Origin: Escherichia coli
Lineage (GTDB): Bacteria; Pseudomonadota; Gammaproteobacteria; Enterobacterales; Enterobacteriaceae
Assembly: GCF_024223415.1 (NCBI RefSeq)
Contig: NZ_CP100500.1
Reading direction: 5' to 3' (one strand)
DNA length: 64,000 bases
The translations under genes were made by a program, and so were the position numbers. The notes beneath the pieces are model-generated. The model was not told the origin of the DNA. It did not search any database and saw only the letters and a list, made by a program, of their open reading frames with translations. Shown here in pieces: positions 41,534-50,602 of this stretch (the first letter of the stretch is position 1; each line of letters begins with the position of its first letter).

Positions 41534-44500
41534 ACTCCTGCTTGTTCAAAATAATATTGATAGATTACACCTAATTGCTGTGGGGCTTGCTGATAGTGAA
41601 ATTCAAAAAGCGCAGACAGTTGATGTATCAGGTTATTATCTTTTTGGGTTAACAGCGCTGCGACTAACATCAAATTAAAACGTTTTTCAAGCCGTGAGTG
41701 ATATTTATCTTCAATCCAAAGCTTATTAAAAACAGATTTTAACTCTGGAGTAATAGCACTAGACCAAAGTTCTTTAGGGAAGATACTGATACGCCCAAAG
41801 CTGTCGGGGTTCCTTAATAGCATCTGTTTAGCTTCATTAAACTGCTCACGACTAACAGTTGGCAATACATCACAACCGGTTGGTAGGCTCTCACTATATG
41901 TAAGTAACATATTCGCAATCGGAGCCAGCCGACGATCGATATGTGCACGATGGTTCATAAAAGCAATAAAGGGTTGCAATATATGTAATGCTAATGTTTT
42001 ATCGTTAATCTGTTTCTCCAGATAAGTCCAACATTTTTGGAAAACATCTTTCCAGATTGAAACGGGAATCCATCCCCATGAAAAGGGTAATTCTTCCTGT
42101 ATATCATAAATCGTATCGCTATCACCAGAAAGACATGATGATATTAACAATTGAACAACCACGCGGTAATTACTCGAAATACCTCTGAACAAGTCCAGAT
42201 CCAGCAAGGATAAGCCATTATTCATTTTGTATTTCTTAATATACTCTGTTAATAAACAGCAATAATTTTGCAATGGGTTGTTATCTATTTCAAAAATTAG
42301 CTCATTAAAATTTTTTTTGCGCTGTTCTGGGTCTGCTTCGCATAGAGCATTTAGTAATAAATCATTTGTCTGCAATACAGGTAGCATCCATTTAATTACT
42401 GGTGCAATGCGAGCTGTACCATCAAGTTTTCCCACAATTAACCATGGACTATCCTGAACATTCAGAGCTGAAAGATCATAAGCAAACTCATCTTTTTTTA
42501 ACAATGATATGTGTAAGCCAGGATTCTTAAGAGAAATAGCATCAACAACCAGTTCGTCTATTCTATTTGCAGGAAAAACAACAGAATTTTTTATATCAAC
42601 CAGTAACCCTTGATCGTGTTCAATAAAACTACCATCGTAGCGTTTAATATTGAGTGTTGCTTTATCCTTTCCAAATCTGTCAGAGTAAAAATCAACACAT
42701 AATGTACTATTGCTGTTCCATGCACATGCCAGCATAGCATTTAGCAAATTATAGTTCTCATAAAGTGAAATTTGTTGTAATTTGTCATTGCGTCCTGATA
42801 AAAGAGGAAGGTCGGCATGTAAATAGCGGAATTTTTCAGCTACTGGATTTTCATCCAATAACTCGATATTAAGATATCCTCTTCCAGCACATGATATGGT
42901 TAATAACTCAGCATCTATTCCATGCAAATGTGCTATAGATGCCACACCATCAAAATGAACAGAACCATCATTAGTTACAAATCGGCCACCGCTAACCGGC
43001 TTAGGTAATAATAGTTTAAGATTAGAACCATCTTTCCAGGAGACCCGTAAATCAACGGTATTTTCCAGCATCAGCGATGAATTATAATAAATAGCACACT
43101 CGTTTTGTGAATAATCGGACTTAAGTGTTACTTTTTCATTGTTTAAATATTTATCAATTCTAGTATCCGTTATACCAGAAAGCATAATAATGCCTTGCTG
43201 AGCACTCTCAGGTATAATATTAATATCGAAGTCTGCTGGTAAAACTACAACTTTACCGCTAAATAAAACCTCATCATTAACTATTCGCCGGACTTCTATC
43301 TGTCCTTTTGGCATTTCTGATGCGACAGAATACCAGGCATTGTTACCTGAACGAATGGAACGCCAAAAAAGTTCTTTCTCCGGTACAATGCCATATTGCA
43401 GATCCTTTTTCCAACCGATCTTCGGCCAGGCTCGATGGACAGGATAATCCGATTTAACCAGTTCAACTTCTGTCGATTTAATATAATATTCAATCGCAGA
43501 ATCATAAAGTTGCTGGGTGCGAATTGTACAAACTGCACCATCATGTAAAACAACGCTAAATACTCCACTTATTTTAGTTAAGCTGCGTTCACTGTTTTTC
43601 AGCAACCTTGGGATATCAAACTCACCTTCTCCACTAATATCTAAATGGCTATTTTTCGGTAGCGAAATAAACAGAGCATTTAGCCTGGAACTCACAGACC
43701 CCATACCAACAAGTTTTAGCTGCGATTCACTCTCATTCATCGCTTCAAAAACCCAGGGAAGTTCTTCAGTAAGTTCATAACCGCCTTTTGGAATTGTGTG
43801 ACCTAACAGAATTGGACCTTCATGAAGCGACAATGAGATTTCGGCCATTGCATCTGCACCAGAGAGTTTTTGCATCGCAATAGGTAATAACTCGACCCGC
43901 CAATCTTGCTGCTCATAACGGCTTAGCATTGCCAACCTTGCCCCGCCATTTTTCCATTTTCCTGAAATGATGAGTCGGGTCTGCTCCGGCTGAATATGGC
44001 ATTCAAACAAAGAGGTTAACTGTTCTGTACGCATTGTGGCCGGGAATCGGAACCGGGCATCGCAATACCAACTGTCATCAACATCGACCCAGATTCTTTC
44101 AACCTGAAGACTACTTGCACTGCGTATTTCAGAAGATTGAGATAGTAATCGCCTTACAATCTCTGCAGCATTCGCTTCGGGGAGAACGAGTGGAAGTTTA
44201 AGATGCCAGTCTGGAGAGAGCTTACGTAATGCAGAAACGGGATCACTGCTTTGAGGAGGATGCTCACTAAGTAATCGGCAGAGAGTCTCGCAGAATTCAC
44301 CGGCTATTTCATAGACCAGTTCGTTTTGCATTGTGACAGGAATCGTATCGCCTAATTCTTGTGCAATTTTAGCGGCAGGATATTGAGATGATTGCCCACG
44401 AAGCGCCTGATATATCCTTCTGAAATAGGTAATCAAATAACCGCTCTCATTTTCAATCATGCGGATAGGCAAACCACCTTCACAAGCCAGTGTATGCAGA

Positions 44501-44883
44501 TAACCCGAAGCTTGTCCCAGGTTTCTTATCTTTCTTTTCCAGTAGCGAATGCCATCATTAACCAGCTTCTGTCGATGAACATACGGAACTTTCCAGTTAA
44601 TAGAATCTAAAATTGTGTCCCATTTAGGGTGTCCGACCGTATGAGTCCGGCGGATAAACTCTGCGGCATATATGCTAAATAGAACATCGCTATAGGAAAT
44701 GAATATCGTTCTTGGATAACTACGGGGGGCATATGTACGCAGTAGTTCTGCCAAACTTTCGTACTCTGTATCAGTACAACGGTAAGCATATAACGCCCGT
44801 CCATCAGCTCCGGATAATGAACGGCGACTAAAAAACATGTTAAGCCATTGCAAAAGTGGGTTAACTGGAGTTTTCACAAGCAA
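41524..44883 (-). CDS. 1119-aa protein of unknown function (DruH-like partner of the giant helicase)
   Basis: Large ORF with no motif recognisable by eye. Its stop overlaps the start of the 925-aa helicase ORF by ~10 nt, implying co-translation. Position and size fit the partner gene of Druantia type III. Confidence 0.5.
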   Translation of the reverse strand: MLVKTPVNPLLQWLNMFFSRRSLSGADGRALYAYRCTDTEYESLAELLRTYAPRSYPRTIFISYSDVLFSIYAAEFIRRTHTVGHPKWDTILDSINWKVPYVHRQKLVNDGIRYWKRKIRNLGQASGYLHTLACEGGLPIRMIENESGYLITYFRRIYQALRGQSSQYPAAKIAQELGDTIPVTMQNELVYEIAGEFCETLCRLLSEHPPQSSDPVSALRKLSPDWHLKLPLVLPEANAAEIVRRLLSQSSEIRSASSLQVERIWVDVDDSWYCDARFRFPATMRTEQLTSLFECHIQPEQTRLIISGKWKNGGARLAMLSRYEQQDWRVELLPIAMQKLSGADAMAEISLSLHEGPILLGHTIPKGGYELTEELPWVFEAMNESESQLKLVGMGSVSSRLNALFISLPKNSHLDISGEGEFDIPRLLKNSERSLTKISGVFSVVLHDGAVCTIRTQQLYDSAIEYYIKSTEVELVKSDYPVHRAWPKIGWKKDLQYGIVPEKELFWRSIRSGNNAWYSVASEMPKGQIEVRRIVNDEVLFSGKVVVLPADFDINIIPESAQQGIIMLSGITDTRIDKYLNNEKVTLKSDYSQNECAIYYNSSLMLENTVDLRVSWKDGSNLKLLLPKPVSGGRFVTNDGSVHFDGVASIAHLHGIDAELLTISCAGRGYLNIELLDENPVAEKFRYLHADLPLLSGRNDKLQQISLYENYNLLNAMLACAWNSNSTLCVDFYSDRFGKDKATLNIKRYDGSFIEHDQGLLVDIKNSVVFPANRIDELVVDAISLKNPGLHISLLKKDEFAYDLSALNVQDSPWLIVGKLDGTARIAPVIKWMLPVLQTNDLLLNALCEADPEQRKKNFNELIFEIDNNPLQNYCCLLTEYIKKYKMNNGLSLLDLDLFRGISSNYRVVVQLLISSCLSGDSDTIYDIQEELPFSWGWIPVSIWKDVFQKCWTYLEKQINDKTLALHILQPFIAFMNHRAHIDRRLAPIANMLLTYSESLPTGCDVLPTVSREQFNEAKQMLLRNPDSFGRISIFPKELWSSAITPELKSVFNKLWIEDKYHSRLEKRFNLMLVAALLTQKDNNLIHQLSALFEFHYQQAPQQLGVIYQYYFEQAGVCH

Positions 44884-45094
44884 CCTGCCTTCCTTTGATA
44901 CAATTCGTAACAGGTTACTATCATCATAAAAAAGCTCAACCCGATGAACTCGCTAAAAATGAGACAAATCATTTATATCTCGAAAAAACTTGTTACAATC
45001 ATGAGCGCTACACCGAACTTAACCATATAAATTATGTGTGTTTTGTTTATTTTTTAAACGATTACAACTATCCATTATTTACACAGGTATCAAA

Positions 45095-46747
45095 ATGTTA
45101 GCGCAGCTTTTTGAGCAGTTGTTTCAATCGATAGACTCTACACTGATCACCAATATTTTCATCTGGGCTGTTATATTCGTATTTTTATCAGCGTGGTGGT
45201 GTGACAAAAAAAATATACATAGTAAGTTTAGAGAATATGCTCCAACCTTAATGGGGGCATTAGGTATTCTGGGTACTTTCATTGGTATTATTATTGGTTT
45301 ACTCAATTTTAATACCGAAAGTATTGATACCAGCATCCCCGTATTATTAGGTGGCCTAAAAACAGCATTCATTACAAGCATTGTAGGTATGTTTTTTGCC
45401 ATTTTATTTAATGGAATGGATGCTTTCTTTTTTGCCAATAAACGAAGTGCGTTAGCAGAAAATAACCCTGAATCTGTTACACCTGAACATATCTATCATG
45501 AATTAAAAGAGCAGAACCAGACTCTGACTAAATTAGTCTCGGGTATTAACGGTGATAGTGAAGGTTCTCTTATTGCTCAAATAAAATTACTACGTACTGA
45601 GATTAGCGATTCCTCGCAGGCACAATTAGCTAATCACACTCATTTCAGTAATAAGCTTTGGGAACAACTTGAACAATTTGCAGATCTAATGGCAAAAGGT
45701 GCTACAGAACAAATTATTGATGCTTTGCGACAAGTCATTATTGATTTTAATCAAAATTTAACTGAACAGTTTGGTGAAAACTTTAAAGCTCTTGATGCCT
45801 CTGTAAAAAAACTTGTTGAGTGGCAGGGAAATTATAAAACGCAAATTGAGCAGATGTCAGAACAATATCAACAAAGTGTCGAGTCCCTGGTTGAAACAAA
45901 AACTGCGGTTGCAGGGATTTGGGAAGAATGTAAAGAAATTCCTCTGGCTATGTCTGAACTGCGTGAAGTGCTTCAGGTGAACCAACATCAAATCAGCGAA
46001 CTCTCCCGCCATTTAGAAACCTTTGTCGCCATCCGCGATAAAGCTACAACCGTATTACCTGAAATACAGAACAAAATGGCTGAAGTGGGTGAACTGCTGA
46101 AATCCGGAGCTGCAAATGTTAGTGCATCTCTTGAGCAAACCAGCCAGCAAATACTTCTTAATGCAGATTCAATGCGCGTTGCCCTGGATGAAGGTACCGA
46201 AGGATTCAGACAATCGGTTACCCAAACACAACAAGCATTTGCCTCGATGGCACATGATGTCAGCAATTCCTCCGAAACCTTAACCAGCACGTTAGGTGAA
46301 ACAATTACTGAAATGAAACAAAGTGGTGAAGAATTCCTGAAATCACTAGAGTCGCACTCGAAAGAATTGCATAGAAATATGGAACAAAATACGACGAATG
46401 TGATTGATATGTTCAGTAAGACTGGTGAAAAGATTAACCATCAACTATCCAGTAATGCCGATAATATGTTTGATTCAATCCAGACATCATTTGATAAGGC
46501 AAGTGCAGGGCTGACTTCTCAAGTCAGAGAATCAATTGAAAAATTTGCTCTATCCATCAACGAGCAGTTACATGCTTTTGAGCAAGCAACTGAACGTGAA
46601 ATGAACCGTGAAATCCAATCATTAGGTAATGCTCTGCTTTCAATCAGCAAAGGTTTTGTCGGTAACTATGAAAAACTTATTAAAGATTACCAAATAGTTA
46701 TGGGGCAGTTACAAACATTAATTTCTGCTAATAAACATCGCGGGTAA
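45095..46747 (+). CDS. zorA: Zorya ZorA-like (MotA/ExbB-like membrane domain with long coiled-coil tail)
   Basis: N-terminal TM helices (…LMGALGILGTFIGIIIGLLNF…, …FITSIVGMFFAILFNG…) then ~400 aa of heptad-rich low-complexity sequence. The start is taken at ATG 45095 (AGG RBS); the ORF track uses an upstream GTG at 45038. Confidence 0.75.
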   Translation: MLAQLFEQLFQSIDSTLITNIFIWAVIFVFLSAWWCDKKNIHSKFREYAPTLMGALGILGTFIGIIIGLLNFNTESIDTSIPVLLGGLKTAFITSIVGMFFAILFNGMDAFFFANKRSALAENNPESVTPEHIYHELKEQNQTLTKLVSGINGDSEGSLIAQIKLLRTEISDSSQAQLANHTHFSNKLWEQLEQFADLMAKGATEQIIDALRQVIIDFNQNLTEQFGENFKALDASVKKLVEWQGNYKTQIEQMSEQYQQSVESLVETKTAVAGIWEECKEIPLAMSELREVLQVNQHQISELSRHLETFVAIRDKATTVLPEIQNKMAEVGELLKSGAANVSASLEQTSQQILLNADSMRVALDEGTEGFRQSVTQTQQAFASMAHDVSNSSETLTSTLGETITEMKQSGEEFLKSLESHSKELHRNMEQNTTNVIDMFSKTGEKINHQLSSNADNMFDSIQTSFDKASAGLTSQVRESIEKFALSINEQLHAFEQATEREMNREIQSLGNALLSISKGFVGNYEKLIKDYQIVMGQLQTLISANKHRG

Positions 46748-46753
46748 TCGATC

Positions 46754-47461
46754 ATGGATAAGATTATAGGGAAACAATTACCTAAAAAAGATCAAGATAA
46801 TGAACATTGGGTATCCATGTCAGACCTAATGGCAGGGCTGATGATGGTTTTTATGTTCATATCTATTGCTTATATGCACTACGTACGTATTGAAAAAGAA
46901 AAAATTAAAGAAGTTGCCGTAGCCTACGAGAATGCTCAGTTACAGCTTTATAATGCTCTGGATATTGAGTTTGCAAAGGATTTACAAGACTGGGATGCAG
47001 AGATCGATAAACAGACTCTGGAGGTTCGATTTAAATCACCGGATGTTTTATTTGGCTTAGGAAGCACAGAGCTAAAACCAAAGTTTAAACTCATTCTTGA
47101 CGACTTCTTTCCTCGCTACCTAAAAGTTCTAGATAATTATCAGGAACATATTACTGAAGTCCGCATTGAAGGTCACACAAGTACTGACTGGACAGGAACA
47201 ACGAATCCTGATATTGCTTATTTTAATAATATGGCACTATCGCAAGGTCGTACACGTGCAGTATTACAATACGTTTATGACATAAAAAATATCGCGACAC
47301 ACCAACAATGGGTTAAAAGTAAATTTGCCGCAGTAGGTTATTCATCTGCACATCCCATTCTTGATAAAACCGGCAAGGAGGATCCTAATCGCTCTCGTCG
47401 TGTCACCTTCAAAGTTGTAACAAATGCCGAGTTGCAGATTAGAAAGATTATTCAGGAGTAA
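46754..47461 (+). CDS. zorB: Zorya ZorB-like (MotB-like membrane anchor with OmpA-type peptidoglycan-binding domain)
   Basis: N-terminal TM (…LMAGLMMVFMFISIAYM…) and OmpA-like motif …RIEGHTSTDW…NMALSQGRTRAV…NRSRRVTFKV. Confidence 0.75.
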   Translation: MDKIIGKQLPKKDQDNEHWVSMSDLMAGLMMVFMFISIAYMHYVRIEKEKIKEVAVAYENAQLQLYNALDIEFAKDLQDWDAEIDKQTLEVRFKSPDVLFGLGSTELKPKFKLILDDFFPRYLKVLDNYQEHITEVRIEGHTSTDWTGTTNPDIAYFNNMALSQGRTRAVLQYVYDIKNIATHQQWVKSKFAAVGYSSAHPILDKTGKEDPNRSRRVTFKVVTNAELQIRKIIQE

Positions 47462-47464
47462 GAG

Positions 47465-48568
47465 ATGAAATTATCTATCGACCTTTCAGAACTTATTCAA
47501 TTAGGGAAGAAAATGTTACCAGAAGGAGTCGATTTTTTTCTGGATGAATCCCCTATTGACTTTGATCCTATAGATATTGAGTTATCCACGGGTAAAGAAG
47601 TTAGTATCGAAGATCTTGACCCTGGTAGCGGGCTTATCTCTTATCATGGCCGCCAGGTTCTTTTATATATTCGGGACCATTCAGGGCGTTATGATGCGGC
47701 TATCGTAGATGGCGAAAAAGGAAAACGTTTTCATATTGCCTGGTGCAGAACTCTTGATGAAATGCGCCATAAAAATCGATTTGAAAGGTATCATGCAACT
47801 AACCGCATAGATGGTTTATTCGAAATTGATGATGGTTCAGGTCGGAGCCAGGATGTTGATTTACGGGTATGTATGAATTGCCTCGAACGACTTAATTATA
47901 AAGGAAGTATTGATAAACAACGAAAAAGAGAGATTTTTAAATCATTCTCATTAAATGAGTTTTTTTCAGATTATAGTACCTGTTTTCGTCATATGCCTAA
48001 GGGTATCTATGACAAAACAAATAGTGGGTATGTCGAAAACTGGAAGGAAATATCTAAAGAAATACGAGAAAAGGCCAATTATGTTTGTAATGATTGTGGC
48101 GTGAATTTATCAACCGCCAAAAACTTGTGCCATGTCCATCATAAAAATGGCATCAAATATGATAATCACCATGAAAACCTTCTTGTTCTGTGCAAGGATT
48201 GCCATCGAAAACAGCCCCTCCACGAAGGTATATTCGTTACCCAAGCTGAGATGGCTATCATTCAACGTTTACGTTCCCAACAAGGGCTATTAAAAGCAGA
48301 ATCCTGGAATAAAATATATGACCTGACTGATCCATCAGTGCATGGTGATATTAATATGATGCAACATAAAGGCTTTCAACCTCCTGTTCCTGGGTTAGAT
48401 CTTCAAAACTCAGAACATGAAATTATTGCAACCGTAGAAGCTGCATGGCCAGGCCTTAAAATTGCAGTTAACCTTACTCCCGCCGAAGTCGAAGGATGGA
48501 GAATATATACCGTGGGTGAGCTGGTTAAAGAAATACAAACCGGAGCCTTTACGCCAGCAACTTTGTAA
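47465..48568 (+). CDS. zorE: Zorya type II effector ZorE-like HNH endonuclease
   Basis: HNH motif CNDCGVNLSTAKNLCHVHHKNGIKYDNHHENLLVLCKDCH. It follows zorB by 3 nt. Confidence 0.7.
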   Translation: MKLSIDLSELIQLGKKMLPEGVDFFLDESPIDFDPIDIELSTGKEVSIEDLDPGSGLISYHGRQVLLYIRDHSGRYDAAIVDGEKGKRFHIAWCRTLDEMRHKNRFERYHATNRIDGLFEIDDGSGRSQDVDLRVCMNCLERLNYKGSIDKQRKREIFKSFSLNEFFSDYSTCFRHMPKGIYDKTNSGYVENWKEISKEIREKANYVCNDCGVNLSTAKNLCHVHHKNGIKYDNHHENLLVLCKDCHRKQPLHEGIFVTQAEMAIIQRLRSQQGLLKAESWNKIYDLTDPSVHGDINMMQHKGFQPPVPGLDLQNSEHEIIATVEAAWPGLKIAVNLTPAEVEGWRIYTVGELVKEIQTGAFTPATL

Positions 48569-48579
48569 ATTCTAACACT

Positions 48580-48603
48580 CCGTGAAAGTTAAGACTTTCA
48601 CGG
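48580..48603 (+). terminator. 10-bp perfect hairpin (ccgtgaaagt-taag-actttcacgg) after zorE
   Basis: Perfect stem-loop immediately downstream of the zorE stop. No clear U-run follows, so terminator function is uncertain. Confidence 0.35.
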
Positions 48604-48753
48604 AAGATAAATAAAACTTCCCTGATTTGTGACTCAAATTACAAAAGTAGTTTATGGCATAACTTGTCTATCTTTATGGTGTAATAGGTATAAAGGTATA
48701 TGCTATGGTTCGCCTCATACTTAAAACTTCCCTCATACGGGTGAAGGTTAAAG

Positions 48754-49032
48754 CTTTGTAGACAGGAGACAGTCACAATGAATAAAACAATAAATTGATG
48801 TCGCACGCGCCGATGGGCATGGCGGGTAATGTAACTTTTGTACACAACGGCAAGGCTTATGTTACTGGCGGTGTTAACCAGAACATCTTCAATGGCTATT
48901 TTGAAGATCTCAACGATGCTGGAGAATATTTAGCAGCTATAGACAAGATCAATGCCTATTATTTCGACAAAAAAGCAGAAGATTATTTCTTCAATAAGTT
49001 TTTGTTGTCTTTTGATCCCTCAACACAGCAAT
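48754..49032 (+). pseudogene. diverged nanM remnant (first ~37 bp of nanM fused to an internal ~240-bp nanM segment), preceded by a nanC-promoter-like GGTATA repeat at 48687-48700
   Basis: 48754-48790 matches 15079-15115 (gtagacaggagacagtcacaatgaataaaacaataa). 48791-49032 matches 15460-15700 at roughly 90 percent identity by eye. Same orientation as the intact nanM. Confidence 0.8.
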
Positions 49033-49107
49033 GGATCTTCACTTGCAGGCTTGAACAGCAGAAAATTTGCGAGCATGATCGCAATTATTTCACTGCCAGG
49101 GATATCA

Positions 49108-49980
49108 ATGGCTTCCAGTAAATCGCTACAGCAGGCAATTGCCAACATAAAAATCTGGCACAAGGGTGAACAGCGCGCGCCGCATAAGCCATTGTTATTG
49201 CTATACGTATTAGCGGGATACCTGAATGGACATCCACGCCTTTTCGATTATGGATCGGAAATCTACGAACCTCTGCACAGTTTACTGGAACGTTTTGGGC
49301 CACAGCGTTCACAGTACCGACCTGATATGCCGTTCTGGCGATTACAAGGCGACGGATTCTGGCAATTACACAATGCCGAGCTTTGCTCAACAGCAGGGAG
49401 CAGCCGACAACCGCCAGTGAAGGAACTGAACGAATACCACGTTGCAGGCGGTTTCGATGAACAGCACTACGCCCTGGTAACCGGCAATAAAAAACTCATC
49501 AATACTCTGGCGCAACAGATACTCGAAGCGCACTTCACCGAGAGTATTCAGGAAGAAATTGCTGACGAGCTGGGTTTTGATCTCCAGCAAATCCGTAAAC
49601 AGCGCGACCCGTTATTTCGCAAAAATGTATTACGCGCTTATAACTACCAGTGCGCGATATGTGGCTTTAATATGCGCCACGACGACACCACCGTCGCGCT
49701 GGAAGCGGCGCATATAAAATGGAAACAGCACGGCGGTCCTTGTGAAATTCCTAATGGCCTGGCGCTTTGCGCAATTCACCATAAAGCCTTTGATAAAGGA
49801 TCGATTGGCCTGGATGAAAATATGCGGGTACTGGTCTCGGATGCGGTAAACGGCGGAGGGATCGTTGAGAGATTATTCTGGGATTTTGACGGGAAAACTA
49901 TTGCGTTGCCGCAGGTGCGTAAAAATTACCCTTATGAGGGGTTTGTGGAGTGGCATCGGGAAGAGGTTTTTAGGGGGTGA
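49108..49980 (+). CDS. HNH endonuclease with unidentified N-terminal domain (candidate modification-dependent restriction enzyme)
   Basis: C-terminal HNH motif YQCAICGFNMRHDDTTVALEAAHIKWKQHGGPCEIPNGLALCAIHHKAFD. The start is taken at ATG 49108 (MASSKSLQQAIANIKIW) with AGGGA RBS, because the ORF-track start at 48952 lies in the nanM remnant. Confidence 0.6.
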   Translation: MASSKSLQQAIANIKIWHKGEQRAPHKPLLLLYVLAGYLNGHPRLFDYGSEIYEPLHSLLERFGPQRSQYRPDMPFWRLQGDGFWQLHNAELCSTAGSSRQPPVKELNEYHVAGGFDEQHYALVTGNKKLINTLAQQILEAHFTESIQEEIADELGFDLQQIRKQRDPLFRKNVLRAYNYQCAICGFNMRHDDTTVALEAAHIKWKQHGGPCEIPNGLALCAIHHKAFDKGSIGLDENMRVLVSDAVNGGGIVERLFWDFDGKTIALPQVRKNYPYEGFVEWHREEVFRG

Positions 49981-50024
49981 GGTTGATAACTATCGCAGTA
50001 TGTTCAATATTGCTGACATAATCA

Positions 50025-50204
50025 GTGCAGGATCTTGCCGCTAGTTTACAACTCGCCTTCGATAGCGGCGCAAAACGTGTTCTGTTGCCGATATCCTCGG
50101 CTATGGATATTCCAACAGTTCCGGCAGAGTTGTTTACCAAGTTTCAGGTAAGTTTTTACTCAGAACCGGTTGATGTGGTTTATAAGGCGCTGGATGTGAA
50201 TTAA
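50025..50204 (+). pseudogene. possible 3-prime remnant of a Lon-like protease gene (BrxL-like C-terminus)
   Basis: Short frame encoding …GAKRVLLPISSAMDIPTVPAELFTKFQVSFYSEPVDVVYKALDVN*, which resembles the extreme C-terminus of Lon-family proteases from memory. No upstream coding sequence remains. Confidence 0.3.
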
Positions 50205-50537
50205 CACATTCCTCAGCTTATTTACAAAAGGATTATTCCCATTTGATATAATATCAGTGCCAATTTACTTTTTTCAATGGAATATATCTCGGCTAAATAA
50301 CAATAAAACTTATCGCTAATTGATTAAATAAACAATTTTCTAATTCATTTCACCACCTTTGATATAGAAATTGATGGTGTTGTCGCTGCCATTGCTTATG
50401 GTGATGATAAAATCCACGTTTCTGGATCGTTGCGTAGAAAATCATCACTACCTTGATATTTTGATGCGATATGATCATACCGTTCCGTAGTACCAATTTC
50501 AATTTCAGGCTAAACCCCAACATTAAAAAAATTAGAG

Positions 50538-50579
50538 TTATTCACTGATTATATTATCAATAATATAATCAGTGAATAA
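50538..50579. repeat. 42-bp near-perfect AT-rich palindrome (20-bp arms, 2-nt centre)
   Basis: ttattcactgattatattat-ca-ataatataatcagtgaataa; all 20 arm positions pair. It lies ~25 bp downstream of the stop of the 682-aa minus-strand ORF. Confidence 0.8.
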
Positions 50580-50602
50580 CATGGACTATATAATAAATTG
50601 CT

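Noticed and set aside
50538-50579. Possibility that the palindrome is part of a CRISPR array
   Set aside because: It is a single copy with no repeat-spacer periodicity nearby, and no cas genes are present in the window.
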